NCBI GenBank assembly: GCA_964470715.1
Contig: CAYYDZ010000001.1
Span: forward strand, 3,960-67,959
DNA: 64,000 bases
Reading direction: 5' to 3'
Source of the DNA: an uncultured Microthrixaceae bacterium
Lineage (GTDB): Bacteria; Actinomycetota; Acidimicrobiia; Acidimicrobiales; DATDAH01
A model generated the notes under the pieces. The model saw nothing but the letters and a program-made list of their open reading frames with translations, ran no database searches and had not been told where the DNA came from. The position numbers were made by a program, and so were the translations under genes. Positions 11,220 to 19,211 of the stretch are shown one piece after another (the first letter of the stretch is position 1; each line of letters opens with the position of its first letter).

Positions 11220-11948
11220 CTAGCTGTTGACCGGGTAGTCGGTCGGGCTGAGCGCGCCGTCCTGGCCCTGGAAGGTGGGGACGTACTGGTCGAGGTCCTG
11301 GCCGAGGGCCTGGCCGAGCACCACCGCGTGCTGCGACTCGATGGGCAGGATGGTCGCCACCGCGAGGGCGGCGTCCCGGTCCTGGAGGATGCCGAGGCTG
11401 TAGAAGTAGGTCGACGCCGCACCGTTCTCGAGGTCCTGTGCGATCTGGAGCAGCGCGGCCTGGTCGGCGGCGTCGGCGATCTGGGGACCGAACACGTCGA
11501 GGACCGCCTGGTTGGCCTCATCCGTGGCCGCCTCACCGGCGACGCCGGCGAAGGCCGCGGCGTGCTCGTCGTGGTGGCCACGGAAGATCTCGGCCACGTC
11601 GACGACCGACCCGTCGAGCAGGCCCGACTCGATGGCTGCGGTGTAAGCCTCCACGGCGGCCAGCTCGACGCTCTGGGCGAAGGCGGCGAGGTCGGCGTCG
11701 TCCAGCGTCTCCTGCGCCCAGGCCGCCGGCAGGAGCCGCGAGACCGGCACGAGGGTCGACCCGAGGGTCAGTGCCGCGCCGCCGAGGCCCGCGTTGCGCA
11801 GGAACCGGCGGCGACTACCGGCCAACACGCGGCTCGTCTCACCGAAGTGCACCTCGCGCAGGTCCTCGTGGATCGTGGCCATGGCCTCGTGGTGCTGGTC
11901 GTCGACGTCGGCGGCCAGCTGCCGCAACGCCCGCGTGGTGATCTCCAC
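11220..11948 (-). CDS. Tat-signal ferritin-like (Ferritin_2-type) domain protein, paralog of the downstream gene
   Basis: 242 aa. GTG start at 11948 with AAGGAG 6 nt upstream. Twin-arginine motif SRRRFLRNAGLGG, likely cleavage AWA-QE. Ferritin-like blocks: LAAFAQSVELAAVEAYTAAI, FRGHHDEHAAAF, IAQDLENGAASTY, IESQHAVVLG. Confidence 0.75.
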   Translation of the reverse strand: MEITTRALRQLAADVDDQHHEAMATIHEDLREVHFGETSRVLAGSRRRFLRNAGLGGAALTLGSTLVPVSRLLPAAWAQETLDDADLAAFAQSVELAAVEAYTAAIESGLLDGSVVDVAEIFRGHHDEHAAAFAGVAGEAATDEANQAVLDVFGPQIADAADQAALLQIAQDLENGAASTYFYSLGILQDRDAALAVATILPIESQHAVVLGQALGQDLDQYVPTFQGQDGALSPTDYPVNS

Positions 11949-11982
11949 TGACGGCTCCTTGTTCGGTGAATCGGTGGTCGTT

Positions 11983-11996
11983 CCACAGGGATCTTG
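11983..11996 (-). promoter_or_regulatory. Conserved upstream box (copy 1), 34 nt before the ferritin-like gene start
   Basis: The coding-strand sequence CAAGATCCCTGTGG is followed by GGAAC-containing sequence. See the paired box at 12569-12580. Confidence 0.35.
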
Positions 11997-12021
11997 TCGT
12001 TCGGGGACCCCCTGACGCCAA

Positions 12022-12060
12022 CAGGGCCGCCGATGGACACGTCGTCCAGCGGCGGCCCTG
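12022..12060 (-). terminator. Hairpin downstream of the cupredoxin gene
   Basis: CAGGGCCGCCG (12022-12032) pairs with CGGCGGCCCTG (12050-12060). An inner GGAC/GTCC pairing is also present. It begins 13 nt after the cupredoxin stop, and there is no U-tract. Confidence 0.5.
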
Positions 12061-12072
12061 CTGATCAGAGGC

Positions 12073-12531
12073 TCAGTCGGAGACGCTGACCGTGCCCGTC
12101 ATCTGCGGGTGGATGTTGCAGTGGTAGGTGAACTCGCCGGCCTCGTCGAAGGTCTGCTCGAAGGTGGCACCGCTGTCCAGGTTGCCCGAGTCGAACGAGT
12201 CGTCGTCGGCGGTCACGGTGTGGGCGAAGCCGTCCTCGTTGGTCCACGTCACCGCGTCCCCGACGGTGATCGAGATGGGATCGGGGTCGAAGGCGAAGTC
12301 CGAGATCACCGGGGCGGTCGCCTCGGCGGGGGCGTCCGATGGAGCGTCGGCGGACGTCGTGTCGGTGGTGTCGCCGTAGTCCGTGCCGCTGTCGGCCGCG
12401 GACGTCGCCGTGGTGTCACCCGAGCTGGACTCGTCGCTGTCGCTGTCGCTGCCGCACGCGGCCGTGCCGAACACCAGCAGGCCTGTCGCTGCGAACGCGA
12501 GCAGGCGCACCTTCATGGATCGCTTCACCAT
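12073..12531 (-). CDS. Cupredoxin (plastocyanin/amicyanin-like blue copper) lipoprotein
   Basis: 152 aa. Signal peptide with lipobox (FGTAAC) and a Ser/Asp/Thr-rich linker. The copper-binding domain reads ITVGDAVTWTNEDGFAHTV...YHCNIHPQMTGTVSV, carrying the H, C, H and M ligands. Confidence 0.8.
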   Translation of the reverse strand: MVKRSMKVRLLAFAATGLLVFGTAACGSDSDSDESSSGDTTATSAADSGTDYGDTTDTTSADAPSDAPAEATAPVISDFAFDPDPISITVGDAVTWTNEDGFAHTVTADDDSFDSGNLDSGATFEQTFDEAGEFTYHCNIHPQMTGTVSVSD

Positions 12532-12568
12532 CTGGATTCCCCCGTTGTTGGTTGGGACGTGCCGGTCA

Positions 12569-12580
12569 CCACAGATCTTG
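12569..12580 (-). promoter_or_regulatory. Conserved upstream box (copy 2), 37 nt before the cupredoxin gene start
   Basis: The coding-strand sequence is CAAGATCTGTGG. The downstream 5' regions of the two genes also resemble each other (..GACC..CAC...CC.AAC.A..GG purine-rich SD). Confidence 0.35.
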
Positions 12581-12586
12581 CCTCGC

Positions 12587-13516
12587 TCAGGAGGTGGATG
12601 TGGCGTCGATCCCCTCCGGGCGCAGTGCGCCGCTCACCAGAGGTGCCGACGTGGGTCGGTCGGCGCCGCCCCGGGTCTCGCTGGTGATGGCCAATGCGGT
12701 CATCGGGTCTTCGACCTTGAAGGCCACGACGCCCGGCTCCGGTCCCAGCACGCCGAGCGAGACCGCCCGGCGGTCGGTGAGGCCCCAGAGCTGGTAGGTC
12801 GAACCCACCCCCGCAGCGGGGAGGTTGCCGCCCAGCAGGTACCCGGTGCCCTCCTCGGTGACCACCGCCCGCATCACGAGCTGGCCGTCGCCGGAGGAGA
12901 GCCGCACCACCGTCGAGTCCGGGTCGGCGAGGGCGGCACCCGCGGAGCGCTGGTCGCGACCCGCAGCGACCTGCGCGGCCAAGTCGTCGACCCGTTCCTG
13001 TTGGTGGCGGAAGGTGAGGACGCCGACGGTGCCGGCGAGCAGCACGCAGGCGGCCGCCGCGGCCACCACGATCGCAGCGGGCCCGGGACGCCGGCGGGGG
13101 TGGCTGCGGCGCCCGCCGGCGGGGAAGGCCACCACCTCGGGCCCGGTTCGATCGGTGCGGTCGGTGCGGTCGGTGCGCTCGGTTCGCTCGCCGACGCTCG
13201 ACGTCGGGGCAGCGGCCGACCCCGAGCCGTTCCGCGACGCGGGGGCGTCGAAGGCGAAGGGCGCCTCAGCTCCCCGGTCGGTCCGCTCGGGCTCGTCGAG
13301 GGAGGCGGCGATGCGGTCCCAGAGGCCGGCGGGTGCCGCCGCCCCGACGTTGCCGAGGAGCGCAGCCACCGACCGGTGTTGCTCGACCTCCGCGCGGCAC
13401 TGCGGGCATTCGCGGAGGTGGTCCTCCACGGCTCGCGTCTCCTCGGGGTCGACCGCGTCGAGTGCATACGCGCCCAACAGGGCACGAAGCTCGTCGTGGC
13501 GTGGATCGTCCGTCAT
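12587..13516 (-). CDS. Anti-sigma factor, zinc-finger (ZAS) N-terminus with RskA-like extracytoplasmic domain
   Basis: 309 aa. Contains HLRECPQCRAEVEQH (HxxxCxxC), one TM segment (AAIVVAAAAACVLLAGTVGVL) and a C-terminal YQLWGL...ALAITSE block typical of anti-sigma-K. It overlaps the sigma gene by 4 bp. Confidence 0.85.
   Translation of the reverse strand: MTDDPRHDELRALLGAYALDAVDPEETRAVEDHLRECPQCRAEVEQHRSVAALLGNVGAAAPAGLWDRIAASLDEPERTDRGAEAPFAFDAPASRNGSGSAAAPTSSVGERTERTDRTDRTDRTGPEVVAFPAGGRRSHPRRRPGPAAIVVAAAAACVLLAGTVGVLTFRHQQERVDDLAAQVAAGRDQRSAGAALADPDSTVVRLSSGDGQLVMRAVVTEEGTGYLLGGNLPAAGVGSTYQLWGLTDRRAVSLGVLGPEPGVVAFKVEDPMTALAITSETRGGADRPTSAPLVSGALRPEGIDATSTS
13144..13188 (-). repeat. 9-bp tandem repeat x5 inside the anti-sigma factor linker
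   Basis: CGGTTCGAT CGGTGCGGT CGGTGCGGT CGGTGCGCT CGGTTCGCT, encoding ...ERTERTDRTDRTDRTG... on the minus strand. Confidence 0.7.
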
Positions 13517-14139
13517 GTGACCGCTCCGATGCCGAGTGCGTCGAGTGAGCCCCGCAGGCGGGACAACCCGCTCCGGATGCGGCCCTTCACCGTGCCCTCC
13601 GGTTCCCCCAGGATGCCTGCCACCTCCCGGTAGGTGTAGCCGCCGAAGTACGCCAACACGATGGCCGAGCGCTGTTCCTCCGGCAGGTCGCGCAGCGCGC
13701 CCCCGATCCGGTCGGAGACCTCGAGGTCCCAGACCTCACGCTCGAGGTCGTAGCCAGCGTCGACCGCCCGCCGGGCGTCGCGCTCCTCGCGTCGGCGCCG
13801 AGACTCTTCCGAGCGGATGACGTCGACCGAGCGGCCGTGGGATTGCGCCAACAGGAACGACCGCAGCGACCCCCGATCGGGGTCGAAGCGGTCGGGCTGG
13901 TTCCACAGTCGCAGGAAGATCTCCTGGACGACCTCCTCGGCGGCGGCGTCGTCGCCGAGCAGGCGCCGGGACAGCCCGTGCACCGCTCCACCGTGGCGAC
14001 GGTAGGCCTCCGCCAGGGCCGACTGCTCGTACCGGGCGATGGCGAAGACGAGTGCGGCGTCACCCATCTCGGTGAAGTCGGTCGGTGCCATCGGCTGCTG
14101 TTCGGAGCCACCCGCCTCGCCGGATCGCCCCATCCGCAC
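13513..14139 (-). CDS. ECF-type RNA polymerase sigma-70 family factor (SigK-like)
   Basis: 208-aa ORF. Region 2 reads VQEIFLRLW and region 4 reads AIVLAYFGGYTYREVAGILGEPEGTVKGRIRSGL. The start is ambiguous (GTG 14139, ATG 14133 or ATG 14091). Confidence 0.9.
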   Translation of the reverse strand: MRMGRSGEAGGSEQQPMAPTDFTEMGDAALVFAIARYEQSALAEAYRRHGGAVHGLSRRLLGDDAAAEEVVQEIFLRLWNQPDRFDPDRGSLRSFLLAQSHGRSVDVIRSEESRRRREERDARRAVDAGYDLEREVWDLEVSDRIGGALRDLPEEQRSAIVLAYFGGYTYREVAGILGEPEGTVKGRIRSGLSRLRGSLDALGIGAVT

Positions 14140-14151
14140 CTTTCTTCCCCG

Positions 14152-15030
14152 TCAAGGCGCGAGCGAGAACCGGCCGTCCTCGAGCACCACCATCCCCTCG
14201 GCCACGAGGCCGGCCGCGACCCGCCCGGCGCGGGCTTCGTCGCGGGGCCAGCCCATGATCGCGGCGAGGTCCGCGGCGTCGACCGGTGCCCGCCGGAGGG
14301 CGTCCACGAGACGCCCTCGCCCCTGGCGATCCGAGCCCTCGAAGCGCGACTGCCCCCCGCTCACCCCCGCGGAGCCGACGGCGGGGTCCGGATCGGGGTT
14401 TCCCGCCGTCGCCCACGCACACCCCGCGTTCACCGGACAGGTCGCACAGCCCGGGTTCCGAGGCGTGCACCGGCCGGCGCCGAGGTCGAGCATCCCCTGG
14501 TTCCACGCCCAGGCGGCGCCGGCCGGGAGCCATGCGTCGGCCGCCGCCTGGACCTCGGCGGGGCGGAGCGGGCGACCCGCCCGCCGGGCGAGCACTCGGG
14601 CGACGTTGGTGTCGACGATGGCGGCGTCGTGCTCGAAGGCGAACGCCAGGACCGCCCGCGCGGTGTAGGGGCCGACACCGGGGAGCGTGAGCAGCTCGGC
14701 GAGGGTCTCGGGCACCGCTCCGGCGTGGTCGGCGACGATGGCCGTCGCTGCCCGGTGGAGCTGCACGGCCCGGCGGTTGTAGCCCAGGCCGGCCCAGTGG
14801 GTGACGACCTCGCCCTGGGATGCGGCGGCGCAGGCGGCCGGCGTCGGGAAGCGGTCGAGGAAGGCGTGGTACTTCGGCACCACGCGCGCCACCTGGGTCT
14901 GCTGCAGCATCGCCTCGCTCACCAGCACCGCCCACGGATCCCGGGTGCGGCGCCAGGGCAGGTCGCGGTGGGCCTCTGTCGCCCACGCCAGCAGCGCCGC
15001 CTGGCTCGGGCTCACACCGTGGAGTGGCAC
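14152..15030 (-). CDS. mutY: A/G-specific adenine DNA glycosylase
   Basis: 292 aa. Contains LPWRRTRDPWAVLVSEAMLQQTQV, HhH-GPD LPGVGPYTA and the 4Fe-4S loop C..RNPGCATCPVNAGC. An alternative GTG start at 15015 would form a GTGA overlap with the upstream stop. Confidence 0.9.
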   Translation of the reverse strand: MPLHGVSPSQAALLAWATEAHRDLPWRRTRDPWAVLVSEAMLQQTQVARVVPKYHAFLDRFPTPAACAAASQGEVVTHWAGLGYNRRAVQLHRAATAIVADHAGAVPETLAELLTLPGVGPYTARAVLAFAFEHDAAIVDTNVARVLARRAGRPLRPAEVQAAADAWLPAGAAWAWNQGMLDLGAGRCTPRNPGCATCPVNAGCAWATAGNPDPDPAVGSAGVSGGQSRFEGSDRQGRGRLVDALRRAPVDAADLAAIMGWPRDEARAGRVAAGLVAEGMVVLEDGRFSLAP

Positions 15031-15812
15031 CAGTACACGACGGTGTGGTGGGGGAAGCCGAAGGTCGATCGCCCCGCGAGGTCGGGGTGGGTGGTGGCGA
15101 GGTCGCGCACCCGGTCGAGGGCGGCGGACCGGGCGTCGTCGGGCAGGGCCGACACGAAGCTGGTCGAGCCCGCCCGCCGCACGAGCAGGTCGGCGTCGAT
15201 CGGCTGCTCCCAGGCGACGGTGACCCGCTCGACCGCACTGAAGCAGCCGGTCGCGCCGATGAGGTGGGCCCAGTCCTGACCCTCCTCGTAGGGCTTGCCC
15301 GTCTCACGGAACGCGGCGCTCGACTCGTCCTCGGCGGCGCCCTCGACGAGCAGCTCGCCGAAGCGACGGACCCAGTCGACCGACTCGTCGCGGACGTTCC
15401 ACACGAGGGCGAGGGCGCCACCCGGGCGCAGCACCCGGGCCAGCTCGGCCAGCGCCCGCGGGGCATCGAACCAGTGGAAGGCCTGGGCGACGACCACCGC
15501 GTCGACGGCGGCGTCGGGCAGCGGGATGGCCTCGGCCGTGCCGTCGAGCACCTCGGCCTCGGGGACCAGGTCCGCCAGGGTCGCCCGCATGGCGGCGACG
15601 GGCTCGACCGCCACCACCGCGGCGCCGCTCGGGACGAGCAGGCGGGTGAGCTTGCCGGTGCCGGCGGCGAGGTCGAGCACCCGCCGACCCGGGGCCAGGT
15701 CGAGCATCTGGACCAGGAGGTCGACCACCTCGGGTGGGTAGCCGGGGCGGGCGGCCTCGTAGTCATCCGCGCCCCGCTCGAAGCCTCGGGCGGCGGCGTC
15801 GTGCACGGTCAT
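15012..15812 (-). CDS. Class I SAM-dependent methyltransferase
   Basis: 266 aa. Contains SAM-binding motif I VLDLAAGTGKLT and AFHWF. Confidence 0.85.
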   Translation of the reverse strand: MTVHDAAARGFERGADDYEAARPGYPPEVVDLLVQMLDLAPGRRVLDLAAGTGKLTRLLVPSGAAVVAVEPVAAMRATLADLVPEAEVLDGTAEAIPLPDAAVDAVVVAQAFHWFDAPRALAELARVLRPGGALALVWNVRDESVDWVRRFGELLVEGAAEDESSAAFRETGKPYEEGQDWAHLIGATGCFSAVERVTVAWEQPIDADLLVRRAGSTSFVSALPDDARSAALDRVRDLATTHPDLAGRSTFGFPHHTVVYWCHSTV

Positions 15813-15922
15813 CGGGCGGCCCTCCGGTCGGTCGGCGGGTCGGTCATCGAACGGTCACCGGCGAGCCTCCTGCGTGGTCGCCGCAGAGCGTCCTGCGTGG
15901 CCGCCGCCGCACCTCCGGTCGG

Positions 15923-16663
15923 TCACCGGTCGGCCTCGCGCGCCGCGACGACCGCGTCGGCCCACCGGGCGTAGCCGTCGTCGCTCGGGTGGTAGTCGTC
16001 GGCGGCGAACAGGTTGCCTGGATCCCGCCGGAAGGCCGGACCGGTCTGGCCGGCGATGTCCACGTACGTCCGGCCCGGGACGGCCGCGAGGTCGGCGATC
16101 ACGGCGTCGATGGTGCCACCTCGCACGCCGGCGACGAAGCGCAGCGGCTGGGCGAACCGTGGGGTCGAGCCCATGTCGGGCACCCCCAGCAGCACCACGT
16201 CGGCACCGTCGGGGAGCGCCTCGAGCACCTGCTCGTAGCGCCGACGGAAGTCCCAGGCGCGGGTGAGGTGGACCGTGTCGTTGGCGCCCACGCTGACGTA
16301 GACCGTCTCGGCGTCGGCGGGGACGTCGCCGACCTGATCGACCAGGACGTCGTCCACCCGGGCCCCCGACACCGCGAGGACGGTCAGCTCGACCGGGTGG
16401 CCGGCGCGCTGCGCCACCTGGCGGGGCAGGGCCTCGTCGGGCGCCGAGGCGCCGACGCCGGCTGCGGTGGAGTCCCCGAGCCACACCACCCGCTCCACCC
16501 GTCCGGGGCGACCGTCCCCGACCCGGCCGTCGAGGTCGTAGGGCGCCCGGTCCGACAGGTCGACCCCCCGCCGGGCCAGCAGGACCTCCGCGCCGAGGAC
16601 CACGACGGCGCCGACCACGAAGGCACCGGCCCCGAGGGTCACGAGGACCGCGATCCGGCCCAC
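15923..16663 (-). CDS. SGNH/GDSL hydrolase family protein, membrane-anchored
   Basis: C-terminal part of track ORF 15923..17113. Contains VVWLGDSTAAGVG (block I), SVGANDT and DDYHPSDDGY (block V). Start guessed at GTG 16663 (MGRIAVLVTLGAGAFVV, TM helix). Upstream alternatives exist up to about 16770. Confidence 0.7.
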   Translation of the reverse strand: MGRIAVLVTLGAGAFVVGAVVVLGAEVLLARRGVDLSDRAPYDLDGRVGDGRPGRVERVVWLGDSTAAGVGASAPDEALPRQVAQRAGHPVELTVLAVSGARVDDVLVDQVGDVPADAETVYVSVGANDTVHLTRAWDFRRRYEQVLEALPDGADVVLLGVPDMGSTPRFAQPLRFVAGVRGGTIDAVIADLAAVPGRTYVDIAGQTGPAFRRDPGNLFAADDYHPSDDGYARWADAVVAAREADR

Positions 16664-16746
16664 CCGTCGAGGGGTGCCCCCGCGGGTGGACCGATCGGAG
16701 CTCGCCCCCTCCGCTCCCGCCGGCGCGGCCGGCTCGGCGCTGGGGC

Positions 16747-17265
16747 TCAGCCCTCGGACCAGATGCTCTCGTCGTAGGGGCGCTGGCGCGGCGGGGCGGC
16801 GTCGCGCTTCCACACCATGACCTTGCGGCGGAAGTAGCAGACCTCTTCGCCACGCTGGTTGATGCCCTTGGTCTCGACGGTGACCACGCCGCGGTCGTCC
16901 TTCGACGACGACTCGCGCTTGTCGAGCACCTTGGTCTCGGCGTAGATGGTGTCGCCGTGGAACGTGGGCTTGCGGTGGGTGAGGGACTCGATCTCGAGGT
17001 TGGCGATGGCCGAGCCGCTGACGTCGGGGACGCTGAGCCCGAGCACCAGCGAGTAGACGAGGTTGCCGACCACCACGTTCTTGCCGTGGACGGTCTCGTG
17101 CTCGGCGAACCACGTGTTGGTGTGCAACGGGTGGTGGTTCATGGTGAGCATGCAGAACAGGTGGTCCTCGGCCTCGGTGATCGTCTTCCCGGGCCAGTGG
17201 CGGTAGACGTCACCCACCTCGAAGTCCTCGAGGTAGCGGCCGAAGGGGCGTTCGTAGGTGGTCAC
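16747..17265 (-). CDS. MaoC-like (R)-specific enoyl-CoA hydratase/dehydratase (hot-dog fold)
   Basis: 172 aa. Contains FEVGDVYRH...TITEAEDHLFCMLTMNHHPLHTN...GNLVYSL. Confidence 0.85.
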   Translation of the reverse strand: MTTYERPFGRYLEDFEVGDVYRHWPGKTITEAEDHLFCMLTMNHHPLHTNTWFAEHETVHGKNVVVGNLVYSLVLGLSVPDVSGSAIANLEIESLTHRKPTFHGDTIYAETKVLDKRESSSKDDRGVVTVETKGINQRGEEVCYFRRKVMVWKRDAAPPRQRPYDESIWSEG

Positions 17266-17497
17266 AGGGGGCCTTTCTCGCAGTCCGCGTGGTCCCCTCG
17301 TTGTAGTCGCAGGGCGGTCGACGGGGCGAGGCGGGCCGAGGCGAGGCCCTCCCGGCGGGTCCGCGAAGGTGCTGCGGCGGCCGCCAGTGCCTTCGAGTTG
17401 CGGTCGCGTGGCGGTCGGTTGGCGTCCGGGCCGGCGATCGTCGACGCCGCGGGGTCGGTGGCGGAGAGACCGAGGCCCGCTCGGATGGTCGCCGGCA

Positions 17498-17515
17498 GCT
17501 ACCGGTCGGTAACTT
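17498..17515 (+). promoter_or_regulatory. Imperfect palindrome overlapping a -10-like TAACTT just upstream of the ACAD start (leaderless candidate / operator candidate)
   Basis: GCTACCGGTCGGTAAC matches its own reverse complement at 12 of 16 positions. TAACTT (17510-17515) lies 7 nt before ATG 17523. There is no SD. Confidence 0.3.
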
Positions 17516-17522
17516 TCCCGTC

Positions 17523-19142
17523 ATGACCGATGTCTCCTCCCCCGACCTCGTCGCCGCCTCTGCGGCCATCGACCTCGCCCGCGGCGTGGTCGCCGCCGCC
17601 ACCTCCCGCCTCGCCGAGGTCGGCATCGACGACCACCAGGCCCTCGCCTACGACGTGGCCCACGCCGCTTCCGCGGTCGAGATGTCGAGCGGCCTGCTCG
17701 ACTACGGGGCCAAGGGCGACGTCGAGGGCCGCATCGCCTGTGCCTTCGTGGCCGACGCGGTGGCCGACCTCGCCGCCAAGACCTACGGCCGTGAGGCCGA
17801 CTGGGGCATCGAGGCCGGCGCACTCGACGCCGCCCGCCCGTTCCTGGCGACCTTCCGGGACCCGGCCTTCCTCGCCGCTCTGGCCGACGAAGAGGGCCCC
17901 CGCCACCTCGACGCCGACTTCGAGCTCGTGCAGGACACGTTCCGCCGCTTCGCCGAGGACAAGATCCGCCCGGCCGCCGAGCACGTGCACCGCACCAACG
18001 CCGACGTGCCCGAGGACATCATCTCGGGCCTCGCCGAGATGGGCGGTTTCGGCCTGTCCGTCCCTGAGGAGTACGGCGGCTTCGCCGGCGGCGGCGAGAG
18101 CGACTACCTCGGCATGGTCGTGGCCACCGAGGAGCTCTCCCGCGGCTCGCTCGGCATCGGCGGCTCGCTCATCACCCGGCCCGAGATCCTCACCCGCGCA
18201 CTGGTCAAGGGCGGCACCGAGGAGCAGAAGCAGGAGTGGCTGCCCAAGCTCGCCACGGCCGAGGTGATGGCCGCGGTCGCGGTGACCGAGCCCGACTACG
18301 GCTCGGACGTGGCCGGCATCAAGGTCACCGCCACCCCGACCGAGGGCGGCTGGCTCATCAACGGCGTGAAGACGTGGTGCACCTTCGGGGCCCGCGCCGA
18401 CGCCCTCATGCTGCTGGCCCGCACCGACCCCGACCGCTCGAAGACCCACCGGGGCCTCTCGATGTTCGTGGTGCCGAAGCCCCGCGGCGAGGGCCACGGC
18501 TTCGAGTTCACTCAGGAGGCCGGCGCCGACGGCGGCGCCCCCGGCGGCGGGAAGATGGAGGGGCGGGCCATCGACACCATCGGCTACCGCGGCATGCACT
18601 CCTACGAGATCGCCCTCGACAACTGGTTCGTGGCCGCCGCCAACCAGGTCGGCGGCGAGGAGGGGCTCGGCAAGGGCTTCTACTACCAGATGGAGGGCTT
18701 CGAGAACGGCCGCCTCCAGACCGCGGCGCGCGCCGTCGGCGTCATGCAGGCCGCCTACGAGGAGGCCCGCCAGTACGCCCAGGACCGTGCCGTGTTCGGC
18801 CACCCCATCGGTGATTACCAGCTCACCAAGGTGAAGCTGGCCCGCATGGCCGTGATCATCCAGGCCAGCCGCCAGTACTCGTACGCCGTGGCCCGCATGA
18901 TGGCCAACGGCGAGGGGGCGCTCGAGGCGTCGATGGTCAAGGCCTACGTCTGCCGCGCCGCCGAGTGGGTGACCCGTGAGGCCATGCAGATCCACGGCGG
19001 CTTCGGCTACGCCGAGGAGTACCCGGTCAGCCGCTACTTCGTGGACGCCCGGGTGCTGTCCATCTTCGAGGGCGCCGACGAGACCCTCTGCCTGAAGGTC
19101 ATCGCCCGCCGCCTCCTCGACCGCCAGAAGGCCACCGCCTGA
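17523..19142 (+). CDS. Acyl-CoA dehydrogenase with a roughly 150-aa N-terminal helical extension
   Basis: 539 aa. The ACAD core reads GLSVPEEYGG, AVTEPDYGSDVAG, NGVKTWCT, QIHGGFGYAEEYPVSRYFVDARVLSIFEGA. Confidence 0.9.
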   Translation: MTDVSSPDLVAASAAIDLARGVVAAATSRLAEVGIDDHQALAYDVAHAASAVEMSSGLLDYGAKGDVEGRIACAFVADAVADLAAKTYGREADWGIEAGALDAARPFLATFRDPAFLAALADEEGPRHLDADFELVQDTFRRFAEDKIRPAAEHVHRTNADVPEDIISGLAEMGGFGLSVPEEYGGFAGGGESDYLGMVVATEELSRGSLGIGGSLITRPEILTRALVKGGTEEQKQEWLPKLATAEVMAAVAVTEPDYGSDVAGIKVTATPTEGGWLINGVKTWCTFGARADALMLLARTDPDRSKTHRGLSMFVVPKPRGEGHGFEFTQEAGADGGAPGGGKMEGRAIDTIGYRGMHSYEIALDNWFVAAANQVGGEEGLGKGFYYQMEGFENGRLQTAARAVGVMQAAYEEARQYAQDRAVFGHPIGDYQLTKVKLARMAVIIQASRQYSYAVARMMANGEGALEASMVKAYVCRAAEWVTREAMQIHGGFGYAEEYPVSRYFVDARVLSIFEGADETLCLKVIARRLLDRQKATA

Positions 19143-19183
19143 CCGACCCTCAACCTCGCCTCGGGTTCGTGAGGCTGCGCTGC
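19140..19183 (+). repeat. R1 repeat, shortened inverted copy after the ACAD stop
   Basis: TGACCGACCCTCAACCTCGCCTCGGGTTCGTGAGGCTGCGCTGC parallels the reverse complement of copy A (TGACACCGGCTCCTCGTCCCTCGG...GGTTCGTGAGGCTTCGCTGC). The central CGCCTTCGGCATCC block is missing. Confidence 0.4.
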
Positions 19184-19211
19184 GGAGCTGTGCAGCGAAG
19201 CCTCACGAACC
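19164..19211. terminator. 20-bp-stem hairpin between convergent ACAD and lyase genes (candidate bidirectional terminator)
   Basis: GGTTCGTGAGGCTGCGCTGC (19164-19183), an 8-nt loop, then GCAGCGAAGCCTCACGAACC (19192-19211), with one mismatch. There is no U-tract. Confidence 0.5.

Noticed and set aside
17266-17522. The 257-bp GC-rich divergent spacer between the MaoC and ACAD genes as a riboswitch or ncRNA.
   Set aside because: I could not recognise any known riboswitch core or convincing conserved structure by eye. Only a short imperfect palindrome next to the ACAD start is reported.
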